Part shown: in pieces, positions 36,392-49,881 of the stretch | How the letters are laid out: the number at the start of each line of letters is the position of its first letter | Position numbering within the stretch: position 1 is the stretch's first letter | Origin: Isurus oxyrinchus | Lineage: Eukaryota | Assembly: GCA_026770705.1 (NCBI GenBank) | Contig: JANJGN010000056.1 | Span: 2,108,001-2,172,000 of the forward strand | Length of the DNA: 64,000 nt | Reading direction: 5' to 3' | Position numbers and translations under genes: made by a program | Notes under the pieces: generated by a model | What the model was told of the DNA's origin: nothing | The model's database searches: none | Seen by the model: the letters and a program-made list of their open reading frames with translations, nothing else

Positions 36392-36717
36392 GTCCATGGA
36401 TGCTCATTCAGTCATGATCTTAGAGGAAGGGGAGGTGGTCAACATAAACGAATATTTATTGCCCGTGTTTTACATAATGCCAGGAGGTTTCGCATAAGTA
36501 CCATGTGCTCTTAATGCTCTGGAAAATGGTGCACAGTGCACGGAGGGGCGTGGCAAAATGGTATTTAGGAAAGCAAGATTGCAATTGTGCGAAGCCTAAA
36601 AAGCCATTTTTGATGAAGTTATTTTGCTAAGTTATTGGTTGATGATTTTTATGATCTTAAAATCAGTAAGAATAACTATTCGGTAAAGATAAACAGCTTG
36701 AATCATTAAAGCTAAGG

Positions 36718-38400
36718 ACTGGTTGCCAATCAAGCAGCCGGCTTTGCCCTGGATTAGGTCAATATTGTTGAATGTTATTGAAGCGGAACTCATGCAGAAA
36801 ACTGTTGTGTTTTCCACTACATTCCTGAATTGTGCATTGTAGATGGAGGGAAGGTTTTGGATATTTAGGGGGTGATGTCCTCGTGACAGAATTGTGAGCT
36901 TCCGACCTGCCCTTCCAGTCACAGTTTCTAGACGATGGTTTTTCCATCGATGTAAAAATCGGGAATTAAACGATGGAAATATCATTAAATGTCTAGGAGA
37001 ATTGGTTGGATACTCTGTTTTTGTAGGTGATATATGCCTGTCAGTTGTGTGGTGCTAACATGACTTGTCAGTTTTCATCAGAAGCCTGGATATTGCCCAG
37101 GACGTGATGCACACGGGCAAGATTCCTTCAGTATCTTTTAAGTTGCGAATGTTGTTGAACTTTGAACAATCGTCAGCGGACACTACCCCAACCCCCGTCC
37201 CCCACCGCAAACCTTCCTCTGGGAATATGATGCAGAGAAGTCAATTAATGAAGCAGCTCAGGTTGGTTTGGCTCAGGATATTGCCCATAGGATCTCGTGC
37301 AGTGATGTCGTCGGAATGAGTTGATTCACCTTCAAAACAAAACAAAATATAAATCTCGAAACGTCAACTCTTCTCTTCTCCGCCGATGCTGACAGATGCG
37401 CTGAGTTTTTCCAGCTAATTATGTTTCTGTTTTATATTTCCAACATCCGCAGTTTTTTGTTTTTAAAACATAAACCTTCTTTTGTGATACGTATGGCTGC
37501 AATCAATGTGTAGGTCCCCCATTATTTTTATTGACCCCAATCCTGATATATCTCCTTGACAAAACATTATGTGAAATGTTATCTTCATGTAAACAGGAGC
37601 CGCTCTCTAATCACCTCATGAATTCAGCGCTTTTGGCCATGTTTGGTTTAAGGCCGAACCGAGAGCTGGAGCTCGTATGAAGCAAAAAATGGTCACCAGT
37701 GAGCAGGTTACTTCCGAATACGTGGCGATTGAAAGCAATGCCCATGACGCATTCCATCACTTTGTTCATGATGATCATTAGGCACATTTGGTGGTAATTT
37801 GATTGTTTGGATTTGACGTGTTTTGTTTTTGTGGATAGGCCCAGCTATGCAACTGCTCAGCTTTTCGCGTGCATGCCAGTGTTTTAGCTGTACTATACCA
37901 GGTTCTCTAGGAAGGTTTATTCAGGAGCACTAATCTCCCGTACAATTGCTGGTATCCGACAGCACCCATAGTCTCTTCATCATGCAGTTCCTTCAGTCAT
38001 TCCTTCACCTCAAGTGTTGTGACCCACATTGGCTCAAAACTGGCTTCTGTGTTGCTCTCATCCACAGAAGGGGGCCGGGATGATGCATCCACCAGTCACG
38101 TCAGTCTGAATATGGTGGCAAGTTCTTCAGCCATGTATATGCACTGATATGCTGTGCTCCACAATCATTGCCGATGTGTTTATTGGTGGTGTCCGCCACC
38201 ATTGAGTCATGGAATTTTCCAACAACATTGAAGATGACATGAGCAGAACTTCAGAGCTAAGTTAACGTTATTTTCTGGTGGGATTAATTAGACCTGTCAA
38301 CTGCATGCTGCATCCGCTGCTTTGCATGCAAGTTGTCCTGTCTTGCAATTCACCAGGTCAAAGCCGTGTTGTTGGGTATGATTGCTGCTGCTCCTGATAT
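36718..38400 (-). mobile_element. Family A LINE RT region (paralog of 6868-8420), followed by a sense 3' end at 38401-38685
   Basis: ORF 36632..36985(-) LPSIYNAQFRNVVE...IDLIQGKAGCLIG. Confidence 0.75.
37354..37464. mobile_element. Copy-B-specific short insertion with apparent target-site duplication
   Basis: Absent at the matching site in copy A (~7480-7495). Flanked by aaaatataaa (37344-37353) and aaaacataaa (37465-37474). Confidence 0.7.
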
Positions 38401-41400
38401 ATGACAGATGTGAACAAAAGGCATCCGTTCGAGCACTTCACTTCGGAGGCCTGGAACGGCAAGAGCAGAAGTGGCCTGGGAATACTATTATTGCAAAATC
38501 ATTTCCAAGTCACACCATATCCTTACTTGGAGATACATCAGCATTCCCTGACTGCCAGTGAATCAAATTCCTGTAAACACATCGCTCGAAACACTGTTTG
38601 TGCACCCGCATCACATGGACAGCAAGAAGAAGAATATGTGATATCGGAAAAAAATACTAATCTTGCCAATGATTCCCACGAAAAGAAAGTGCTGCATAAT
38701 GCCGAATCTATGAATGTTTCTTTGTCATTTGATAATGAAAGGACGTCCCTGTGTTTTTACTTTGTGATAGTAAACTAAGGTGAACTATAAGGTGCATGTT
38801 TTAATTCAAATCCTTTGCAATAATCCGCTTATCAACTGAGGACATGTGTCATCATTTCATGTCTGAATGCCTACATCTGCAGCCAAAACGATTGGCTGTA
38901 ATTTTCATCACCAAATCGCACGCCGAACCCCCACCCTCACACTTCCTATCACCACTCGCACCCACCCGGCCACCACAACCCCCTCCACCGCATCACCCAC
39001 CCGCCTCAAAATAGTCAAAGTTCCAACGTAGATAAATTACATGCAGCGGGTAAAATGATTTTGCGTTCTTAATTCTCCCCATTTACAGATGGAGAACGGG
39101 CGGGTCCACCTTTCTCAGGTTACTAATTAACAGGGTATTGAGCTTGTGAGTGAACCAATCGTATGTTCCCCTGTTTGGTGCATTGCATTTGCTGTGGCTC
39201 AGGCGAGAAAAGTAATTTGTTTAGTGCAGCTACTGTGAGACGGCAAATTGTCGGAAAGGAACTCCTGCCTCCAGTAGCATCATCGAATAAAACAGCATAT
39301 TGTGCTGGGGAAGATGGCAGCATCTTCATGGTTTTTATCTCACTTTTTTGTTTCTTGACTGGACTTTCAATGAAAAATATTTTTCGAAAAAAATTCTGAG
39401 AGTAGGTTGTCTTGAGCTTGTAGCCAGACCGACTCTCTGTTCATAGCATTACACTCTGCCGCATGAGGTTCAGGCATTCACTGCCGACTGGACTTGGACA
39501 CCATTTTGCATCACTCATTGCCTCTTCCGCGGAATTGGATGAGTTGAGGAGGTAGAGGCCGTCTAAGGGAGGGTGAGTGGGACAAGATGGAGCAGACATC
39601 TCATTTTGCATTTCGCCAATCTCACGTTTCCGCAAAATGTAAAATCCAGTCTGATGCCTACTTAATGTAATGTTCCTTTAGGGACCTAAGTCACTTTTCG
39701 CGTTTTTAACCTGCAGCGGGGGAACTTCTCCTGCATTTCTACTGTAACTGTTGCCACCTAGTCTGCAGCAATGTGTCATAACCAAAAAACACTGTTCAAT
39801 GGATTTCACTCTGTGTTACATGAGCCAGAGCATTCACAACGTCCCTGAAATGAATTGGAGCTTCAGAATCTGCTTTACATACAAACGATGCCACAGAAAA
39901 TTGTTATTTTGTGCTTACATTACGAAGCAAACATGACTCTTGAACTGATACGGAGTTAGGAAAGTGGCAGAATTTCCATCGCTCTGTCGTTCATCAGACT
40001 GGGGTATTTACGGGAACGACACCAAGAGGCAAATTAATCAAAGTGCACTGAACCTGTTCTATGTTTCTTTTCACAAACAGCAAATCAGTAACACGTGAGA
40101 AGCAGATTGCTTTTGCAGAGAGCAATTCCTCAGCATATATACATGTTCACTTCTCCACTTAATTTATCAGGCGTTTATATGGATAATATACTTGATATTT
40201 GTATATTTAATTTGAAAGATAAAATACTGAATAATGGTTTCTATAGTTCACTATTAAATTCGGTAGAGGATTGCGTGGTTCATTCGTGGGGCATTTCAAT
40301 GGTTAATTTGGAGGAAATTTCTGGAAACTTGTTGTTAATGTATTGGATAGTAGTTTTGAAAATTAATTTGCTCAAACATTGGCGGCTTCATTATATAATT
40401 ACGTACATTACTCTCTTTTTCCTGTTTTAATAATTTCCTTATTTACAGATCTGGCCAGTACAGCTTTATGTGCTGATAATTTCGTTAAATATGTTTGTCT
40501 AGCTCAATAAAGCGAATTGATAATTAGGACTCTCAGTGAAAATTAATGACATTGTAGTGAAATAAATACTAGATTTGCTCAGGGAATAATAGGTATAGGG
40601 TTAATGAAGGTAAACTTTATTTTTGACGTTTCTTTTGGGCTGTAAATAAGTCAAAACGGCTTTGATTTTCTAATGTTTCCCTCGCTTTCCAATGCAGCCT
40701 ACGTGATCAAAAGAAAATCAACCTTCAACTTATATACATTACCTAGCGTTTTCAAGGCTGTTTGTGATTATCTCTGACAGTTCTCATCAAGTCAATCAAA
40801 GTTTGACGCTTACATTCGAATTAGAACATTGTGAATGGGAGGCAGCAGCTGCCAACTGGCCTGTGTTTGTCACCTTATAAAGATTATTTTTGTGTGGTCA
40901 GAGCTTGCCAACTTACAAGCTGATACAGGAATGGGAAATTCTGTTTGACTTTATCCGACTAATACAACTTACTTTTTTCAAAGTTCATGCAAATAATTAC
41001 TCAACATCTTCAGGAATTAAGATGATCCAAAATGATATTTCACCACCCCTTTTATAGACATTGCTCCATTGCAATGATGTTTTCCTAAATACAAGTTTGC
41101 AAAAACTACACTTTCAGTCTGCTTCAGGTTGCAAATCCTTGAAAGCACTTGGTACTTCAGTGAACTCTCTATTCACTCATACTTCGATTGTGAGAATGTG
41201 CATTTTCCATTCCTTAATCTGGGCATCCTGCGTCTGAACGGAAATTTCAGCCGAAAAGCTATTCTGCACCATTGCAAGAGCCAGCAAATCCTATCCGACA
41301 TGATAAGTACCAGAAGTACAAACAAAATTTCAGAAGCCAACCAGTTACGTTTCATATTAATTGAGACTAGAGTTATTTAAATTGCTTTGAAATGCAGATT

Positions 41401-41849
41401 AAAAATAAATAACCGTGTTAATTAAGTTATTAAATGTATGGCAGGAACAAATTGGTTCATTGCAATTCACTGAGAAACTCTTCTTCAAAATTCAACGGAG
41501 TTTTAGTAGTTTAGTTGAACAAAAGAGACCTTGTTGCAGCCATGATTATCCGAGGCTCACGTCAATTTCGTATGATTTATAAAGATTATTGGATTTAATC
41601 ACTAGTAAGTAGAAATGCTTCATTTAATCTTCAATATGATAACACAACTGTGAATTCCATGGCTAATTAACAAAAATGTTCTTGCATTTTGAAAAAGAAA
41701 TATTTATTTTACCAAATAATGCTAACATTCTAGGATGTTATGATGCAAACCAATCTGAAATACAAATAGATGCAAGGTATGTTAATTTAACTATGCATAT
41801 GTTAGGATTTAGCTCTTTATCATCGGGTAATACACACTTTGTTGTTTTC

Positions 41850-43020
41850 CTCTTCTAATCATATAATACACCTAAAATAATCTATCTACTCAAATCGATG
41901 TGCCTATCACAGTCCATGTCGACCTGGAACTTTTACACTTGGTGTCCTACGAGGGTCGGTGTTCAGCTTCACATTTCAATTCATTTCTCATGGTTACTGT
42001 GAATGAAACGCAAGTGACTCCCTTATACCCTCTCGGAAACTAAGTGCCTCCATCAACATCCGATCAATAAATGGGAACGTTCTCCTGTCTCCTCAGAATA
42101 GATAGTTGATTTTAACTATTGAAATCACATCTTCGAATTGCTAGCTCACCACACATTACCAACAATGTGTCTTGCATCGCTGTGATTCCTATTGTACCTG
42201 CATTTTGCGATATCCATTCATTACACTTTAAAACTAGTCATTCCAGAAAGAAGCGTTGCGTTGCGCCTTCCCGATGGCCAATAAATATTGCACACTTAAC
42301 CTGATAGCAATGTCACCGTTCCCATTCGGCCACTCAACTGCCGCCTTGATCAGCATCAACTATACCCAGTCGGCAAAGCAATATTGGTTCACTTTGTCTG
42401 CAATGAATTAGCGCTGCATTCACCTGATTATACCTTCACAGTGCCCAGCCTGCATATTAATCTTTCATTACTGAGTCTGCCTTAAAACATCTGACTCATC
42501 AGCCCTCATCCGTTACCACAACGTTTCACTACGAATCTGCATAAATATGTCACCTTGTTTTGATGGTCATTAGACGGCATCTGTGTGGACTCCTGGGTAA
42601 ACGTTTATACGGCCTCGTCTATGCTAGTGTTTCTTTGTAGCTCAGTGACCATTCTAACAGGCCCTGTGCAACTACTATTCCATCTTTACACTCCAATCGT
42701 TTCAGAGTATATCCATGCTGCCGGCCAGGATTTTAACTTCGAGCTGTCAGGCCTGTTGCGCAGTAACCCTTCCAAAAACTTATCACATCTATAAACCACG
42801 CAGCACACATTGCAGCACTACCTCTTGCAGAGTATAACTCTACTTAGCCCATTTTGCAGCTTCATTTCCCAATTTATATTTCATCCTCACACATGAATTA
42901 TCTCTTTACAACCCCAATTTAATATTTAAAGTTCAACATTCCCAGCCGTTCTTGTACCATAAAATTGTCCAGAACAGATTCTCCCTCCAAATGCTCGATC
43001 GTTGTTGCAAAGTAGTTGCC
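41850..43020 (-). mobile_element. Old CR1-type fragment (paralog of 11540-12750)
   Basis: Colinear with copy A. Confidence 0.5.
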
Positions 43021-43234
43021 CCCAGTTTAAATTGACGATGTTCCTATCAAAAGAGGAATGAACAATTCCCTGTCCACATGTACTAAGTCCAATCCACATT
43101 TAGTACATGCTCGTCTCGGGAAGCAGGCCCTGCATGTTTGGGTAAAATGCATGAGCCTTTTCTGTAACTGCAAGAGAAGTTGCCTTGTTCATCTGTGACG
43201 TCTATCTCCTTCTCTCTCTATCCCTCACTTACAG

Positions 43235-44142
43235 CTAATGTTGTTGCGATTGTGATCCTTTCCAGAAGAAAGTGTGGACTTTCCAAATGCATTACACTCT
43301 ATATGATGGCCATGGCAGTGGCTGATTTCCTGTTTATTTGTACTGAAGTCATACTGAAGGAGATGCTGGGTGTTTATTTTCCGGATTCATTCTTGACAAT
43401 GAGCACGGTGTGCCATCTAACTGAGACGTTGATTTGTATATTCACATCAGCCGCTGTATGGTTAACAGTGGCGTTCACCTTCGATCGTTTTGTGGCGATA
43501 TGTTGTCAGGAGCTGAAAAAAAAATATTGTACAGAGACAACAGGCGCAGCTGTCATATCAGTAGTGAGTGTTTTGAGTTCTTTGACAAACATTCCCTGGT
43601 ATTTTGCGTATGAACCTGCATATATAATTGGCAATGTATCTCGCGGTTGCTTCCTAAAACCGACATTTTTCATTTATGCTGAATGGGCTGCATTTGATTG
43701 GTTTACCCTTACTTTGACCCCATTTGTTCCCTTCATTTTAATTTTGTTGATAAATGTTTTGACGGTGAGACGTATTTTAGCCGCCAGTAAAGTTCGCAGG
43801 GGTCTCCGCAGTTGCTACAATGGAGAGCATCACAACGATCCAGAGACTGAAAGCCGAAGAAAGTCCATCATTTTACTGTTCAGTATAACCGGCAGCTTTA
43901 TGTTGTTCTGGGCAGCTCCGGTTTTATTTTATTTTATCACCCTGCGTACAGCAATCATTTCATATTCTGGCACTAATGAACTTGAGTCATTGGGATTCAT
44001 GCTTGGGCTCCTCAGTTGCTGCACAAATACATTCATTTATGTGCTGACACAGTCTAAGTTTAGGGAGGAGCTGAAGAAAGGAATGCTGTGCCTTATGGAA
44101 TGGTGCGTAAAATTAGTCAAATTACAGCTGAAAACCAATTGA
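43235..44142 (+). CDS. GPR139/GPR142-like class A GPCR, copy B, coding exon 2 (spliced product 325 aa)
   Basis: Pyrimidine tract plus tacAG at 43234. ANVVAIVILSRRKCGLSKC, MAVADF, FTFDRFVAIC, IPW, SFMLFW, SCCTNTFIY, FREEL, stop at 44140-44142. The first ~18 aa of track ORF 43180 are intron read-through. Confidence 0.93.
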
Positions 44143-45704
44143 CATATGCAGGAGGACAGAAACATCGTGCTTGAAGGGACTAACATTAGCAAAATACTTG
44201 AAGCAATTTATGGCCACTCTGGACAAAATTATATCCCGCCTAAAAATACTCCTTTATAGTATGGAGTCAAATTGAACTCCTTTTCACAGTATACTGTAAA
44301 CAATGGTGAACATGAGGTGTGATGACAATAATACAAGAAAATTATTGAACAGCCCGTGTTATTATTGCAGACTTTGAGAGGATGAATTGTGATGCCCGGT
44401 TCTGTAACAATAGAGCTCCTTACAACAGTTGCTCTGGACAGCAAAAGAACACCCCAAACATCACCAGAAGTATCACAATAACTCGAACAAGTGTAACTTA
44501 GAAAAACGTCACAAATACTCTTCAATGTCTCTTCTGGGTCGAATAATGGCGGTTTTCAGAACAGGTTTCAGGAAACCTGGCACCCTCGAAATATCGGACT
44601 GTTGCACAATGAGCTGCTGCTCAGAGTTCCATATACCTCACACGATTAAAACAAGTAACGCCTGGCCATCAAGTGCTTTGAAAAAGACCGGGCATTGGCG
44701 TAATTGTCACATGGTACATTTTATCACTCATTCGCAAGATCAATAGGACTTAGAGACGGTTCCATATCTTGGCTTCGGATTTCCTTACGATTTCTTTGAA
44801 AGCTTGCATAGCTCAAACTTAATTATTCACGAACATAGGAGCTGCCACCTCTCCACATGCTCATTCACAACAGTCTGTGTTTCACGTTTTCTGGTCCTTT
44901 CTCACACACGGCCAGCAAATGGTTGTTACCACAATTCACAGATGCTGTGGCGATTGAAAATTATTAACTTGAAATCCACTCATCAAAATAACGAGTGAAG
45001 CTTCAAACAGATATCCTCTCCAATTCCAGGCTATGAAACATCCACTCGCTCATGGCGCTACCTTAAACATCTTCCTTTGTATTCCTATGTATTTTGAATG
45101 TGATCAAAAAATTCTATTCTTCTTTTCACATATTCTTCTCGTTTAATCTCTTTTACTTTACTTAAACACAGTTCGTAGAATGCAACCATATACTTTTTAG
45201 AACAAAGAGCAGATAAGTTGACCTACTCTTTCTTTATTGGGTCTCTGAAGCGACGATGCAGCCTTCTCCTTGTGCATGCTGTCTGGATCATTCGGTTTTC
45301 TCAGATACTAACACAAAATCGCCTTGACCTTTCCTAGTTGACCAGCCTAATCATCCGGGAAAATGGTTGGCCAGAAGAACGGCCAATTAAAATGGCAAAT
45401 GTACACTAGCGTTAGATACAAACTTGCACCCGCCATCACGGAATAAATTATCATTAAAAAAAATGATTTGGTCATTGCATGAGGCGCACAGCAAGAAAAC
45501 GATTTATTGAAAACCTCTCATTGCTCTTACAGCAAAGTGAACGTGAACCGCCTTTTCGAGCAGCTACAGTGAATGTGATATATTCGAGCAGGATACTTAG
45601 GACTTGACTTAATAAATACCCACACCGACAGCTAGGCTAGCACTCTTTTCCAAATAGTTGCTCTTTGACAGTTTTGCACCTCCACTTTCTAATTATCAAC
45701 CCTA

Positions 45705-46710
45705 GCTGCTGAGCTCCCAGTCCTTTTAGTTCCTTGGGGAACCTGAGTTCCTCAGGGTTGTGACTGAGGCCCAACCATGTTTAGCTCCATCATCAAGGAT
45801 CAGCACTCCATTGCAAAGTCAGGAATGGGGATGTTCGTTGATGATGCACAATACTCAACACATTTCCAGATTCCTGAGATAATGAGGCAGCCCATGGCCC
45901 AATGAAGCATATTCTGGACAATGTATTGTCTTTGGCTGACAATTGGCAAACAACGTTCATACCAGACAAGTGCCAGGAAATGACCGTCTCCAAAAGAGTT
46001 AATCTAAACAATACCTGTTTTCGCTCAATGGCATTGACAAATGTCCCACGATCAGCATTGTAACTGTTATCACTGACCGGAAAGTGAACTGGATTAGGCG
46101 TATAAACACGATGTCTAATAATCCACTTCAGAGGCGACAAGTAACACACTTCCTGGTTCCCAAAATCCTATCGACAATCTTCAAGGGAAAAGAAAGGATT
46201 GTGATGCTATATTCTCCACTTGCCTAAATACGTGCAGCTCTAACAAAACCCAAGAAGCTTGACAGCATCAAGGACAAAGCAGCCGCTTGATGGACACTAC
46301 ACCGACACACATTTTGTTCCTCCACCGCCGATGAACAATGGCAGCAGTCCGTGCCACCTATAAGAAGCAATTCAGGGATACATGAAGGCTCCTTAGGCAG
46401 CACTTTCCAAACTCACAACCGGTACCACCTAGCAGGATAAGGGGCAGCAGGTTACCGGGAACACCAATACCTGGAAGATCACCCTCAAGCTATTCGCAAC
46501 TCTGATTTGGAAATATATCGCTGTGCCTTCAATATCATGTGTCAAAATCCTGGAAATCCATCCCTATCAGCACTGTGGGTGTACGGGCACAGCAGGGACT
46601 GCTGTGGTTCATGAAGCAGCTCATCGCCATCTTCACAAGCATAACTATTTATCGGCAAGAAATGATGTGCCAGCGATTGAAGCCAAAATAACATATATGA
46701 ATAATAAAAA
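45705..46710 (+). mobile_element. Family A LINE RT to 3' tail (paralog of 15434-16460)
   Basis: gagttcctcagggttgtg (VPQG), gggatgttcgttgatgat (MFVDD), caaggacaaagcagccgcttga. Confidence 0.85.
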
Positions 46711-46794
46711 AGTTGACTATGTGGCTCCACAACTTCTGCGCTTTCATATTCTCCACTCTGAGAACCATGCTCTACCACAGTCACATCAATGTTC

Positions 46795-47085
46795 CAGCTT
46801 CCTCTGACACTCTGCTCTAGCTACTTACCTCCTGCTCTTTTATTAAATCTCTGCTCTGGGAGAACAGCCCGTGTAACCTTTCAGTCGGTGCTTTGATTAT
46901 CTCGCTCCCGATCTTTCTACTTCTCTCCTCTGACAGCTCAGATACCGCTCTTTTTAAATCTCTCCTCTCACAGCCCAGTTCCCGCTCAATTTAAGTCCCG
47001 ATGTCTCAACCCACCGCTCTTTTTAAAAATACCACCTGTTGCCGCTCAGCCTCCATCTCTCTCTAATTCAGTTCTCTCACTGTTC
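46795..47085. repeat. Degenerate ~40-nt minisatellite (paralog of 16547-16800)
   Basis: Recurrent ccgctctttttaaatctctc. Confidence 0.6.
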
Positions 47086-47149
47086 AGCTGCAGTACCAAG
47101 AATATAACTAAATATGACTTTACAGCCAAGCGTCCAGCCCGGAATTGGA

Positions 47150-47830
47150 GACAGCTGAGATTAATTGAGAATGATCACGGATTTGTAAAAGGCATCCCTT
47201 TGACTAAGTACATCCTGGAACAACATAGTTTGCAATCTAATGTCACAACTGGGAAAATTAAGGATGATAATACAGGAGTGGTTGGCTAACTGGATTTTGA
47301 GGTATTAATTGACAACCTACTGCAGATAGAGCTGGTAAGAAAATTTAGGCTTATGAAAGAGGGCAGAAGCGGGGTGTCTCTATCCAATTGGATACATTTC
47401 GGTAACACACCGAAAACATAAACTGTTGGTAATCGTTTTGTTTCAGTCTGCATGAAGTTAGCCACTGGTTTTCCCCAAGAATCTATGTTGGGCTGGAGTT
47501 CGTTTTGCTGTCAATAAACCAGTTGGATCTTAGAATACAGCACAACGTCTCAAACCGTGTGAATTATACACACAAAGTGGGCTGGGTGTTAACCAGTGAG
47601 GATGATACGAATCCATTGCAATTGGACACGGAGAAACGAGCAGAATTGGCAGGGAATTAGCAGATGCAATTAGATGCATTGCAGGGTAAAATAATTAATG
47701 TTGGCTGATGGGGTAGAGAGGGGTAATGGAAGCAGAATGACACTGTTAGAAAGAATGTGACTGAATAGGGTGAGCAGGGGGACAAGCTTCGATATCTGAA
47801 TGTGGTGGACACAGCCATGCTGAGGGTATG
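47150..47830 (+). mobile_element. Old CR1 RT fragment (paralog of 16860-17560)
   Basis: cacggatttgtaaaaggc (HGFVKG), actggttttccccaagaatctatgttgggc (GFPQESMLG). Confidence 0.65.
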
Positions 47831-48104
47831 GCTCATCGTGGTGAAGGCGACTGGCACCGCACTTTGGGGGTGGGGGGAGGGGGGGTGATGTGGGGCGCGC
47901 TGTGCTGACTTTTGAATGTGGCGACCTTTCCTTTCTGGGTAAGATTGGAGGAGTCTGTCTAACTGAGGTAGATGAGTGACCCTATTCGTATTTAGAATGC
48001 AATGGCTTCCACGTGCAGTGACAGATAGAAACAGAGGAAATATCGCTCGGATGTGGAAAAAAAAGGCAGAAAAAAATGAGAAAATGATAAGAACCTGAAA
48101 CGTT

Positions 48105-49505
48105 CTCTGTTTACCTGAAGAGTCAGAGCTCCATCAAGTTGAGGACCAATTGGAAGAAGCTTTGAGGATGTCAAGGACACGATCTGCAATCTGCTTGAGG
48201 AACTTCATGCACTTCATCAAGCGTGGCTCAGTCACCCTATTACTTTCCAAACTGGCTGGCTCATAAATCACTTTGCTGCTGGACTGGCTCAGTAGCAGCT
48301 GGTGTGGGAACCAGCAAAAAGGAACACAAATCTTCGTTACCTTCTCCTCACCAATTTTTCTGTTTTAGATGCATGTAAACATGAAAGCATAAGTAAGAGT
48401 TAGCACCTCACAATTGTATTGGGGACTAACTCCCATGCTCACACTGAGATATCCTCCATCCTATAACGTGACTCTATGAGCGCGTTAAATGGAATAGTTA
48501 TACTATTCTACCAACTGGAAAATGGCATCCATTATGTGCCGTGGGAGAACAATGGCAGCAGCATTGTATATAACCACAAACTGTAATCCCTTGAACCTGC
48601 ATAAACCTCACGTTGCAATTAATATCAAACTGTAGCTAAACACTGCTTGTCAGAAGAATGCGGGCAGTGGGGGGTGAGAGTCTGATGTGGGATGCTGGCA
48701 TTTGGGAACACTGCCAGACATTTCTTAACGTGAATTGAAATACTTTCAAAAACACGCTGCAAAGCTGCAACAAATTGAAACTTAATTTACAAACATCCAA
48801 AGAACCATGTGATATGCTGACCAAAATGATCCCAAAATAAACGGACCAGATGTTAAATCATCAGTTTTTCCACATGAGTGAGTATGAATAAAAACACAGC
48901 GAACTGAAGGTGGAGGCTGCACAAACATTCCCAACCTCATTGATGGGGGAGCTGAACACATGACCGCATATGACATGGCAGAAATATTTGCAAAAATTCC
49001 AACCAAAGGTCGCGCATGGATGATCCAAATAGGCAACACGTTTTGTCCACAGTATCACAAATGCCAGTCTTCAGCCAGATAAAATCACTCTACGTGCTAT
49101 CAAGAGAATGCTGAAGGCACTGGATACTGCTAAGAGTAAGGACCCTGAAAAACCGCTGGCATATTACGGAGGACGTTTGCTTCCCAGCGGCTAAAACACT
49201 CGAATTTACCTGGAAATGTAGACAAGTGCTCTGGTTTGTTCAGTCCACTAATTTAAAAAGCAATCCAAGTCGACAAAATACGACCCCATTAAGGTACTCT
49301 CGATCATCTGAAGAAAATGCTGGTGGAGGCCGTTGACAATGTTTCCAATTGACATTAATTCAGCAATAAATTGTTCGCTGATGCTCAGTTTGGAATCTGC
49401 AAGGATCCCTCAGCTGCTGACCTAGTTTCAAACCCGGAGGCACATATGCGCAAATGAGGTAAACTCTTGAGGTGAGAGTGAGAGTGACCGCCTTTGGAAT
49501 CAAGG
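48105..49505 (+). mobile_element. Family A LINE endonuclease to RT N-terminus (paralog of 18005-19225, longer at the 5' side)
   Basis: ttggaagaagctttgagg (LEEALR), ggaacttcatgcacttcatcaagcgtggctc (GDFN-HHQEWL region), gtgagagtgaccgcctttggaatcaagg (VRVTAFGIK). Confidence 0.75.
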
Positions 49506-49881
49506 CGAGAATTTACCGTTCTTTCACTGCTGGCCTTGTTCCACTCTGCCATGACTATGTTCCCACATCCAGGCTGCTCTTTTTAGGTGGCCAGGAAATG
49601 AATTGTCAGCGGAATGCTGGCATTTATCAAACCGCCCAAAAACCTGTGACTCCACATGTTGTATTGCACCTCAATATTATTTACCGTTTGACAATCGATT
49701 TCATAGTCATGTTATCGCTACCTAAGAAACATAAAGTTGGAACTGGTAAAATTATGTATGATTTGCAAATGTATTACTGGATGTAATAGCACATTTGGAA
49801 ATCATAAGGAAGTCATCAAGCAAACTGGTAACTTTGCTTCTTGTCTGATTACAATTGTTCTTCCGATTCTCTGCCTTGTAG

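Noticed and set aside
43180-43234. N-terminal extension of ORF 43180 (MPCSSVTSISFSLYPSL)
   Set aside because: Starts at TTG and spans the polypyrimidine tract; it is not in frame in copy A. The real N-terminus is the upstream exon.
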